27,336 nucleotides of DNA from a virus (Duplodnaviria > Caudoviricetes), in IMG/VR virus record IMGVR_UViG_3300037243_000222, positions 1 through 27,336 of that record, one strand, 5' to 3'. The notes beneath the pieces are model-generated. The model had not been told where the DNA came from and ran no database searches. It saw nothing but the letters and a program-made list of their open reading frames with translations. How positions within the stretch are numbered: position 1 is the stretch's first letter; each line of letters opens with the position of its first letter. The translations under genes and the position numbers were made by a program. Shown in pieces: positions 8,955-16,627 of the stretch.

Positions 8955-9671
8955 ATGAAGACACGATTTCAGCAACGCATCGCGCTCCTGCTTCTCGCGG
9001 TGGCTCTGTGTCTCTGTGGGCAGAGCGCGTTTGCGTCCGTCGCTTACGTCGGCGGCGCAACTGCCAGCAACAGCGGGACTGCCGGCACTTCCCTCACCGT
9101 CACTTACTCGCCCACCGCGGGCAACCAGGTCGTGCTGGGCATCATGTTCGCCGCGGCGGTCACTTCGCTGAGCTGCGCCGACCAGAATTCCAACGCGCTC
9201 ACGCTCAACACTCACGAGAACAATGCCTACGAGTTCTATGGCACGGCCATCGCCGGCGCCACTTCTTTCAAATGCCAGTGGACAACCTCGGCCAAGGCCT
9301 CCGAAGCCGTCGCCGAATATTCCGGCGTCGTGGGCGTCGGCACCAACGGAATCAACAGCGGATCGAGCACCAGTTCCTCCATCTCCGTGACCACGACCAA
9401 GAGCAACAGCTTCATTGTCGCTATCTTCGGCAACGGAGTGAACGCCACCTACACGGCTACCTCAGGCAATCTGCGGCCGAACATCTCCGGAGGCGCGGGC
9501 AACTCCAACGCCGTCGCCATTATGGATAACACTGCGGCCATCGCCGGGACTTCCGTCACCGACACGGCGACCGTTCCCACCGGGGCGTGGAACGCAGTCG
9601 GCCTGGAACTTTATCCCACGCAGCCGGCCAACGGCAGCGGCCAGTTGCTGCTGATGGGCGTAGGTCCATAA
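8955..9671 (+). CDS. Signal-peptide-bearing beta-rich phage protein (238 aa)
   Basis: ATG 4 nt after previous stop, with AGGA; MKTRFQQRIALLLLAVALCLCGQSAFA|S. Confidence 0.8.
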   Translation: MKTRFQQRIALLLLAVALCLCGQSAFASVAYVGGATASNSGTAGTSLTVTYSPTAGNQVVLGIMFAAAVTSLSCADQNSNALTLNTHENNAYEFYGTAIAGATSFKCQWTTSAKASEAVAEYSGVVGVGTNGINSGSSTSSSISVTTTKSNSFIVAIFGNGVNATYTATSGNLRPNISGGAGNSNAVAIMDNTAAIAGTSVTDTATVPTGAWNAVGLELYPTQPANGSGQLLLMGVGP

Positions 9672-9674
9672 CGA

Positions 9675-10103
9675 ATGCCCGTCGCCAAAGGACTTTTCAC
9701 GCTGCTCGCCGGGACGGCCGCGGTGAGCGGGAAGCTGGGAGATTCCACAGGAGAGAACAGCCTCTTCCAGAGCGCGGCCAACAAAGGCGCGCAGGCGCCC
9801 TACGTGGTTCTGCACCTGGTGGATGTTCCCCCGGCCGCGCACTCCCAGGATGGCCCCAGCGGGTTGCAGAATGGCGAGATCCAATTCGACAGCTACGCCG
9901 CCGACGCGCCCACCGCGCGCGCGCTTTCACAGTCGGTGCGCGACACGCTCAAAAATTTTTCCGGCGCGTTGAGCGAGGGCACGCAGATCGAGTTTTACGA
10001 AGTGACGATGGATTCGGACGAAGGATACGAGCAAGGTGGCAGCGGCTATGTTTTCAAATCGCTTCTGCGCCTGCGCGCCTTCTTCACCGAGAGCGGCGAG
10101 TGA
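9675..10103 (+). CDS. Tail terminator / completion protein (DUF3168, SPP1 gp17-like)
   Basis: APYVVL, IQFDSYA...ARALSQSVRDTL; immediately before tail tube genes. Confidence 0.8.
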   Translation: MPVAKGLFTLLAGTAAVSGKLGDSTGENSLFQSAANKGAQAPYVVLHLVDVPPAAHSQDGPSGLQNGEIQFDSYAADAPTARALSQSVRDTLKNFSGALSEGTQIEFYEVTMDSDEGYEQGGSGYVFKSLLRLRAFFTESGE

Positions 10104-10148
10104 TGAGCTTCGAGCGATGAGCAAAAGCTCGCGGCTTACAAACTAATC

Positions 10149-10583
10149 ATGACGATCGCTATTCCCGGCTACGGATCGAAGCTGCAACTGCAGAACGGCA
10201 GCGCGTGGCTCACGATCGCGCAGCTGCGCAAGATGTCGCCTTCGGGCGATGGCTCGAAGCAGAACATGCTCGACCAGACCAACATCCTCACCGCGGGCAA
10301 CGGATGCGCGCCCATCCCCGGCCGCGTCGATGCCGGCGAGTATGACATTGAAGGCGTCGTCATCCCCACCAACAGCTCGCAGCTCGAGCTGGGCACGCTG
10401 CATTACGCGGGCACGCTGGCGCAGTGGCAGTTGCTGTTGAGCGATGGCGTCACTACCTGGACGTTCCTGGCGTACGTCAGCACCTACAAGCCGTTCGACA
10501 TTCCCGCCGGCGACAAGGCCGTAATCTTCGCCGCGCGGCTTCGCGTTTCCGGCACGCAAACCGGCCCCGCTGGAGCCGTTTAG
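10149..10583 (+). CDS. Tail tube protein paralogue 1
   Basis: IAIPGYGSKL, IPGRVDAGE, WTFLAYVS, ARLRVSG; no clear SD. Confidence 0.75.
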   Translation: MTIAIPGYGSKLQLQNGSAWLTIAQLRKMSPSGDGSKQNMLDQTNILTAGNGCAPIPGRVDAGEYDIEGVVIPTNSSQLELGTLHYAGTLAQWQLLLSDGVTTWTFLAYVSTYKPFDIPAGDKAVIFAARLRVSGTQTGPAGAV

Positions 10584-10589
10584 AGAAAC

Positions 10590-10667
10590 CAGCCATCAGC
10601 TATCAGCCGTCAGCTTCCAATCACTCTCACTTTTTTGCTGAGAGCTGAAAGCTGAGAGCTGACAGCT
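10590..10667. repeat. Family B heptamer inverted arrays
   Basis: cagccat cagctat cagccgt cagct ... gctgaga gctgaaa gctgaga gctgaca gct. Confidence 0.9.
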
Positions 10668-10686
10668 TTGCTATAAGGAGAAACCC

Positions 10687-11133
10687 ATGTCATCGATCGC
10701 AATTCCCGGATACGGAACCAAACTCGCCAACGGAGGCACCGCTGGATCGAGCTACACCAACGTCGCGCAGGTGATGGACGTTACCCAGCCGCTGGGCAAA
10801 GCGACGAAGGATAAGATCACCAACTTCGACAGCCCCGCCAGCAGCGGCGGCGCCGTCAATGAGGAATATCTCAAGACTTCGGTGGACCCCGGCGTCGTCA
10901 GCTTCGGCATGGTCTTCAGCCCCACCGACCCCACGCAGCAGGCGGTTGCCGCCAACCTCCAGGCGGGCTCGACGACCGCCACCAACTACTGGAAGCTGAC
11001 CACGCAGGATGGCAGCACTTACGTGTTCCAGGGCTACATCGAAGCCGACAGCTTCGACTTCAAGGTTGACAAAGCCGTGGCGGTCAAAGCCTCGATCCAG
11101 ATCACCGGCCCCGTCACCATCACCTGGTCGTAG
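10687..11133 (+). CDS. Tail tube protein paralogue 2 (probable major tube protein)
   Basis: IAIPGYGTKL, VDPGVVSF, YVFQGYI, ASIQITGP; strong TAAGGAG SD. Confidence 0.85.
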   Translation: MSSIAIPGYGTKLANGGTAGSSYTNVAQVMDVTQPLGKATKDKITNFDSPASSGGAVNEEYLKTSVDPGVVSFGMVFSPTDPTQQAVAANLQAGSTTATNYWKLTTQDGSTYVFQGYIEADSFDFKVDKAVAVKASIQITGPVTITWS

Positions 11134-11143
11134 TTAGCCCTGT

Positions 11144-11223
11144 GTCGCGAGCCGCGAGCCGCGAGCAAACACCCTTTGTCATTCCGAACGCGCGCGCTAG
11201 CGCGGGTGAGGAACCTGCTTTTT
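11144..11223 (+). repeat. Family C heptamers (11144-11166) plus family D REP-like element (11177-11223)
   Basis: gtcgcga gccgcga gccgcga gc; near-identical copy of 6078-6124. Confidence 0.9.
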
Positions 11224-11233
11224 GCGAGGAACC

Positions 11234-11893
11234 ATGTCTGATCTGTTGAAGAACGAAATCACCGGCGCCCCGGTCACCGTCTTCATTGAGGGCAAGTCGT
11301 ATCCGCTCGTCTACAAGATGGCCGCCTGCATCGTCTACAAACAGGAGACGGCGCGGATCGAGCGCTCCCGGCCGCAACCCCTCGTCAATGAGAAGGACGT
11401 GGTTTGCCTTCGCTGCGGAGCGGCGCGAGCGGAACATGAAGGGCCAAACCTCATCCGGCTCGCGCCCGACAAAGAAGTGCTCTGCTGGCGCTTCGACGGC
11501 TACAATCCGGTGCAGGGCGATAGCCTCTTTTTCCCCTCCAGCTGGACGCGCATCGATCTCGATGTCGATCCCGAGCGCTGGATCGCGTGCCTGTGGGCAG
11601 GCCTCCACCAGCTCCAACCGGATGGCCTGAGCTGGAAAGCGCCCATGACGCTGGCTCAACTCAGCGGCATGATCCCGATTGGCGACGCGGCTCGCCAGAT
11701 CTCGCTGCGCATGGTCAAGGCGGTTAACCTGGCCTCGCCCAAAGCCAAGGAGCCCGACCCAAACGCTCCGCCGGCGCCCGCAAAGCCCGCGGCCGCGCCG
11801 GAAGAAAAGACGATCCCGATCGTAGCTCCGACATCGGATGGCTCTGGGCCCGCGCCAGACGCCGCCTCCGACTCACTAATTCCGAATTCCTGA
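11234..11893 (+). CDS. Tail assembly chaperone (lambda G-like) with CxxC-x6-H insert
   Basis: Follows tail tube; GAGGA RBS; overlaps an open -1 frame. Confidence 0.75.
   Translation: MSDLLKNEITGAPVTVFIEGKSYPLVYKMAACIVYKQETARIERSRPQPLVNEKDVVCLRCGAARAEHEGPNLIRLAPDKEVLCWRFDGYNPVQGDSLFFPSSWTRIDLDVDPERWIACLWAGLHQLQPDGLSWKAPMTLAQLSGMIPIGDAARQISLRMVKAVNLASPKAKEPDPNAPPAPAKPAAAPEEKTIPIVAPTSDGSGPAPDAASDSLIPNS
11758..11764 (+). other. Putative -1 programmed ribosomal frameshift site C CCA AAC
   Basis: X XXY YYZ in the correct phase (GAC CCA AAC, DPN); -1 frame open from 11728 to 12138. Confidence 0.75.
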
Positions 11894-12138
11894 ATTCGAC
11901 TCCGCGCGAACTGCAGCTTCTGTTCGAGGCGGACGCGGACGTGCAGCGCGATTGGCTCTGGCCGGCGGCCAACATCGAGGCGGCGTTGTGGAACCTGCTT
12001 TACAGCGGAGAGGGCCGTCCCGAGGGCGGCTTCACCGCGGCTCACTTTATGCCCGGCGCCAAGATCCAGACTCAAGAAGATAAACTCCGCGAGTTTGCCG
12101 AGCGGGTGCTGGCTGGCGATACTTTTCAGGACGACTAA
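11761..12138 (+). CDS. Tail chaperone T portion (expressed as G-T fusion)
   Basis: WLWARARRRLRLTNSEFLNSTPRELQLL...FTAAHFMP resembles T-type extensions. Confidence 0.7.
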   Translation, partial: KRSAGARKARGRAGRKDDPDRSSDIGWLWARARRRLRLTNSEFLNSTPRELQLLFEADADVQRDWLWPAANIEAALWNLLYSGEGRPEGGFTAAHFMPGAKIQTQEDKLREFAERVLAGDTFQDD

Positions 12139-12170
12139 GTTTCAACCTTTCAGAGTTTCAACATTTCAAA
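12139..12170 (+). repeat. Family E octamer array (NTTTCAAN)
   Basis: gtttcaac ctttcaga gtttcaac atttcaaa. Confidence 0.75.
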
Positions 12171-12182
12171 GGAGAAGAACAC

Positions 12183-12425
12183 ATGACAACGGAAGCTGTA
12201 GAAATCCCCTACAAAGATGCGAAGGGCAAAGAGATGAAGGTGGGCGATCTGGTGCTCATCCCATTCCGCGTCTCGAAACTCCAGGGCTCCGTCGCGCAGT
12301 TCGTGCACCTGGAAACCGTGGACGCTTACGGCCACATCAACCCCACAGCCAAAGACAAGCTGCAAGGCCGCACCCGCACCGGCATCTGGGTGGAACCGTC
12401 GCAGATCGAACTCGCGCAGAGCTAA
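12183..12425 (+). CDS. Small hypothetical protein (80 aa, SH3/KOW-like pattern)
   Basis: AAGGAG RBS; DAKGKEMKVGDLVLIP. Confidence 0.75.
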   Translation: MTTEAVEIPYKDAKGKEMKVGDLVLIPFRVSKLQGSVAQFVHLETVDAYGHINPTAKDKLQGRTRTGIWVEPSQIELAQS

Positions 12426-12427
12426 GC

Positions 12428-12473
12428 TGTCATCCTGACAGCGCGTGCTTTTCTTCACGCGCGGAAGGATCTC
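12428..12473 (+). repeat. Family D REP-like element
   Basis: tgtcatcctgacagcgcgtg...cacgcgcggaaggatctc. Confidence 0.85.
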
Positions 12474-12503
12474 AGTCGGCACGAACGCGGAGCGTCAGCC
12501 AAC

Positions 12504-12776
12504 ATGCTTGATATCAACGGCCAACGGCTGCTGCCCGGCAAGCCCGCTTCCCTGCTGTGCGAGATCCTCGCCGTGGAAGACGATCACGTGCGGGTGCGTG
12601 TGATGAATTCCGAGTTGGAGATCGCCGTGGGCGTGAAGCACGATGAAGTGCTGGGCGGCCTAGTGGCCGACTCTGAGCTGACGGCTTTTCTTGAAAGCCA
12701 AAGTGCTCTCACCACAGAGGCACAGAGCCACAGAGAAGACCAAAATCAGGAAGTAAAACAATCGCGCATGGAGTAG
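12504..12776 (+). CDS. Hypothetical protein (90 aa); C-terminus includes a translated family A arm (TTEAQSHRE)
   Basis: GGAG upstream; repeat arm 12710-12735 lies in frame. Confidence 0.65.
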   Translation: MLDINGQRLLPGKPASLLCEILAVEDDHVRVRVMNSELEIAVGVKHDEVLGGLVADSELTAFLESQSALTTEAQSHREDQNQEVKQSRME

Positions 12777-12780
12777 ACAG

Positions 12781-13070
12781 ATGAAGGCAGTCACCCCGAT
12801 CTTCCCTTCGAGTGCCGCGTGTGAGGTCGTCTACGCGAAGAATCAGCCGGAATACGAGCCGTTGCCGGCGTTTCGCACGCAAACCTGCGTGGTGACCCGC
12901 TGGAAGTTGAGCGACGACGAACGCCGTCACATTGCCGGAGGTGGAGATCTCTTCATCTGCATGATGAATTTTGGCAGACCGATTCTGCGATTCTTCCTAT
13001 GGCCGCCGATCCCGAGACAGTCTTGCAGACCACTCTCGAAGCGGCGGAGGATCTCTACAGGAAAAGCTAA
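12781..13070 (+). pseudogene. Phage hypothetical protein (VYAKNQPEYEPLPA type) with apparent 1-nt deletion near 12988
   Basis: Restoring one base (CTG CG ATT to CTG CCG ATT) gives GRPILPILPMAADPE...RKS with stop at 13070; uncorrected ORF runs through the repeat arm into the next gene. Confidence 0.55.
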
Positions 13071-13079
13071 AAAGGTTTC

Positions 13080-13104
13080 CTCCGTGTTCTGTGACTCCGT
13101 GGTG
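13080..13104 (-). repeat. Family A right arm, partner of 12710-12735
   Basis: ctccgtgt tctgtga ctccgtggtg. Confidence 0.8.
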
Positions 13105-13114
13105 AAAAGCCCAA

Positions 13115-13663
13115 ATGCCTGAAGGCGTCCAAGGACTCGAAGAACTGGCGCGGCGGCTCGATCAATTGCCGCTGGCGCTGGCGCAGCAGATTGCGCGTCC
13201 CGCGCTCGAAGCCGCAGGAGAAATTATCCAGACCGCCGCGGAAGCCAACGCCGAGCAGCATCGCAAAAGCGGCGACCTGGAGGAAGACATCATCGTCGTG
13301 GTCAAGATCGGCAGCGATCTGGCGAACATGCGTGTGCTGGTCGGCCCTGGATACCCCGGCCCGGGGCTGAAGACTCGCAAGCGCGGCAAATATGCCGGCA
13401 GCGTCGATTCCACCACGTCGCCGGGAGTGTATGGGGGCCTTGTCGAACGAGGGCACGGCGAGCCAGGCTACTCCTGGGCATCGCGCTTCGGCAGCGCGAA
13501 ACAGCGCCACCGCACCGGCCGCCAGGTCGAACTCGGCTCGCACGACGTTCCTCCCCATCCCTGGCTCAATCCAGCGTTCGAAAGCTCGCAGGACGCGGCC
13601 GTAGAAGCCGTGGCCGATCATTTCCGCGACGCGCTGAACAATGTCGAGCAGTTGCTGCGGTAA
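13115..13663 (+). CDS. HK97 gp10-like neck/tail component
   Basis: VQGLEELARRL, RPALEAAGEII, SGDLEEDI, YGGLVERG, PPHPWLNPAFE. Confidence 0.85.
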   Translation: MPEGVQGLEELARRLDQLPLALAQQIARPALEAAGEIIQTAAEANAEQHRKSGDLEEDIIVVVKIGSDLANMRVLVGPGYPGPGLKTRKRGKYAGSVDSTTSPGVYGGLVERGHGEPGYSWASRFGSAKQRHRTGRQVELGSHDVPPHPWLNPAFESSQDAAVEAVADHFRDALNNVEQLLR

Positions 13664-13670
13664 ACACTTT

Positions 13671-13786
13671 TTCACCACAGAGTCACAGAGACACAGAGAA
13701 ACCCGAAAACTTTGTAAGAGCCCAGCCTGGATGGGCCTTTGCAAGGTGTTCGGTTTTTCTCTGTGCCTCTGTGACTCTGTGGTGAA
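13671..13786. repeat. Family A inverted-repeat element with self-complementary spacer (~115-nt hairpin)
   Basis: Arms 13671-13698 and 13759-13786; spacer pairs cgaa/ttcg, tttgtaa/ttgcaag, gccca/tgggc. Confidence 0.9.
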
Positions 13787-13795
13787 CGATTTTTT

Positions 13796-16276
13796 ATGTC
13801 CAATAACTTAGCCAACTTGATGGTGGGCTTCGGCCTCGATCTTTCTGCGCTGCAGAAGGACGCGCCGGAGGCTTTCCGCATTTTGAATTCGCAGACGCTG
13901 AGCATGAGCGCGGAGATGAAGCGCGCCTCGCGCGAGGGCGCCGAATCCTTCCGGCTCATCGATGAGGCGCTGGGCATCCACGTCTCGCGGCCGTTGACCC
14001 GCATCCTCACGCAGGAGTTCCCGCTGCTGGCCCAGGGCCTGCAAACGGTGCTGGGCGGAGCCATCTTTGGCGCGCTGGCCACCGTGGGCGTGGAAGCCTT
14101 CGACAAGATCAGCGAGCGTATTGAGAAAGCGCAGAAGGCGCAGGAAGCCTATGCCGAGGCGGTGCGCCACACCGGCGACGTGATCGGCGATCTGGGCGCC
14201 AGCCACGCGCGCACCATGCAGGAGCTGTCACTGGAGTTGGCCGCCAAGCAGGATCAGCCGGGCGCCGCGATGAAGCTCGCGGACTTCAAGATCGACACCG
14301 GCGCGCTCGATCAGGCGAAAAAAGGGATTGGAGAAATTGCCGACGCGTTCGACAAAGAAGCCAAAGCCGCCGGCGCCGCCGCTAAGCCTTTCACTCAGTT
14401 TATGGCTGCCCTCGGCTTCATCAAGGACAACTTCTTTTCTATGAACCTCGGCGCGGATGAGAGCGCGAAAAAGTTTGATGCGTTCAAGCGCACGCTCGAT
14501 GAGATCATGCGCGCCAGCTCCGCCGATCCGCTGGCCGGCGTCCGCGAGTCGTTGCAGCGCGTGAATGCGGAGATGTCGACGACGGGCGCGGACATCGCCG
14601 CGAAGATGGCTCTGTTGCAGCATCAGCAATCCGTAGGCTTTACTTTCGATGTGCCCGGAAGTCCTGGCGTGAAGCAGCCGCCCGTCGATCGGGAGACGCT
14701 GGCCAGCAATCAGAAATATTTCGAGATGCTGAAGGCGCAGCGGTCGGTCATTGAGGACATTCTGAGAGAAGATACCGCGCGCCGTGGGCTCGCCACACAG
14801 CCCGATATGGCGCAGCAGATGGAGCGGCAGCGGCAGGCGATGGAAGCGCTGCAAAAGGATATCTCCGGAGGCCTGGGCAAGTTCGGCCCGGAGTTTGGAG
14901 CGGCCGCGGACCCGTTGCAAAAGCTGATGACGGAAGTGACAGGCCTGCGAATGCAGGCGATCAACGACTTTCGTGCGATCCAGGAATCGAAGGCTTCGGC
15001 TCTCGATACGAGAATCGAAGGGCAGCGCCTGGATGAATATCTCCACAAGCTCGATCAGGTTGTGGAGAAAGCGCGGCTCAATGCCGATATCGCCAACGCG
15101 CAGGCGGCGCTGGCGAAGATCCCGATCGCGGGCGCGCCGTTGCCCGCGGGCATCGCGCAGACTCCGAACATTCCCCAGCCCAGGCTGCAGCTCGCGCCCC
15201 AGCTCGCCGACTTGCAGGAATTAAAGAAAGTGCAGACTGATGCGAACGAGGCCTGGGCTGAGGCGGGAAAGATCCTGGCGGAGATCGAGACGCCGGAACA
15301 AAAATACGAAACCGGCCTGCGCGTGCTGCAAACGCTGGAGCAGCAAGGCCGCATCACTACGGAACAATTCGCGGCCGCGCAGCAAAAGCTCCAGGAGCAA
15401 CTGGCGGAGTCGACCAACAAACTCGAACTGCTGCTGCGCAAAACCGGCGATGCCAGCGCCGGCTTTGAAGCATTCATTCTTCAGCTCAACAAAAGCGGCA
15501 GTCAGCAGGGCGCCTTCACCTTCGACATTTTAAACAAAGGCCTGCAGGGCTTCGAAGACCAGACAGTTAACGCGCTCACCGGCGGCAAAACCGCATGGGC
15601 GAAGTATTTCGAAGAGCTGGATCAGATGGCGCTGAAGTTCGTGCTCAACAAGGGCATCGCGCAGCTGATGCAGGCCAGCGGCATCAGCAATCTGTTCGGG
15701 CCGCCGCAAGGCCAGCAGCCGGGATCCACAACTTCTCCAGGCACGTCTCTCGGCGGAGGAGCTCCGCTCAGCCCGTTCAATTTGCCGCAGTCGGCGTTCG
15801 CTCCGCTGTCGTCACTGATCACCGGAGGCGGCGGAGCTGGAGGCACAGCCACACTCGCCGCGGCGGGCACGCAGCTCACGACGGGATCCAGTTTACTGAT
15901 CTCCGCAGCCACCACGCTGCAAACGGCCGCAACCACGCTCAGCGCCAGCGGAATCGGAGCGGGCGCAGGAAGCGGTGGAGGATTCGACATTGCCAGCGCG
16001 ATTCCTGGCTTTGCAGGGGGCACCGACGACGCTCCTGGAGGCATGGCCTGGGTGGGAGAGCAAGGACCGGAGCTGGAGAATGTTCCCGCAGGCGCTTCCA
16101 TTACGCCAGCGTCGCAGGTGCGGACCGGAAGCAGCACGCACAACTGGTATATCGACGCGCGCGGCAATGAAGAGGTAGGCGATCGCATTCAGCAGGCGCT
16201 GGCTCACGCCGTCCCGCTGGCCGAGCAGCGCGCCATCAACGCGGTGAACGAGATCCAGCAGCGGACGCCACATTAG
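13796..16276 (+). CDS. Tail tape measure protein (826 aa)
   Basis: Ala/Leu/Gln-rich helical; N-terminal LANLMVGFGLD; C-terminal GFAGGT...WVGEQGPEL. Confidence 0.9.
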   Translation: MSNNLANLMVGFGLDLSALQKDAPEAFRILNSQTLSMSAEMKRASREGAESFRLIDEALGIHVSRPLTRILTQEFPLLAQGLQTVLGGAIFGALATVGVEAFDKISERIEKAQKAQEAYAEAVRHTGDVIGDLGASHARTMQELSLELAAKQDQPGAAMKLADFKIDTGALDQAKKGIGEIADAFDKEAKAAGAAAKPFTQFMAALGFIKDNFFSMNLGADESAKKFDAFKRTLDEIMRASSADPLAGVRESLQRVNAEMSTTGADIAAKMALLQHQQSVGFTFDVPGSPGVKQPPVDRETLASNQKYFEMLKAQRSVIEDILREDTARRGLATQPDMAQQMERQRQAMEALQKDISGGLGKFGPEFGAAADPLQKLMTEVTGLRMQAINDFRAIQESKASALDTRIEGQRLDEYLHKLDQVVEKARLNADIANAQAALAKIPIAGAPLPAGIAQTPNIPQPRLQLAPQLADLQELKKVQTDANEAWAEAGKILAEIETPEQKYETGLRVLQTLEQQGRITTEQFAAAQQKLQEQLAESTNKLELLLRKTGDASAGFEAFILQLNKSGSQQGAFTFDILNKGLQGFEDQTVNALTGGKTAWAKYFEELDQMALKFVLNKGIAQLMQASGISNLFGPPQGQQPGSTTSPGTSLGGGAPLSPFNLPQSAFAPLSSLITGGGGAGGTATLAAAGTQLTTGSSLLISAATTLQTAATTLSASGIGAGAGSGGGFDIASAIPGFAGGTDDAPGGMAWVGEQGPELENVPAGASITPASQVRTGSSTHNWYIDARGNEEVGDRIQQALAHAVPLAEQRAINAVNEIQQRTPH

Positions 16277-16514
16277 TCGCGAGTCCTGAGTCCTGAGTCG
16301 CGAGCTTGCTTTTCTCGGATTCCTTCTCCAGCTGCGCGTGGATCGCGGTCAACGTCCACAGGATCCCGCAGAGCACGATCGCGCCCAGGGCCAACATTAG
16401 ATTTTCGGGCTTGCTGGGTAGATCGTGAAAGGCGGCCAGGGCGAAGATGCCAGCGAAGATCATCAGCACGACCGACAGAATCTGCAGAAAAGAACGCATC
16501 AACCAGGTCATCAT
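16236..16514 (-). CDS. Moron: small two-TM membrane protein
   Basis: Two hydrophobic segments; GAGGTG SD; antisense to the operon. Confidence 0.7.
   Translation of the reverse strand: MMTWLMRSFLQILSVVLMIFAGIFALAAFHDLPSKPENLMLALGAIVLCGILWTLTAIHAQLEKESEKSKLATQDSGLATNVASAAGSRSPR
16275..16305 (+). repeat. Family C heptamer array
   Basis: agtcgc gagtcct gagtcct gagtcgc gagc. Confidence 0.85.
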
Positions 16515-16538
16515 AATTGCACCTCGTTAGCGCTGGCA

Positions 16539-16567
16539 ATGATGCCACGCTGCAAAACGCGCGTCAA
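16539..16567 (-). promoter_or_regulatory. Candidate sigma70 promoter for the moron
   Basis: Minus strand TTGACG-N17-CATCAT with TGn extended -10. Confidence 0.55.
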
Positions 16568-16627
16568 TGGCCCGGTTGCGCATGACCCGCATGGCACTTT
16601 CGAGCTAACAGCTAAGAGCTTCTTCCC

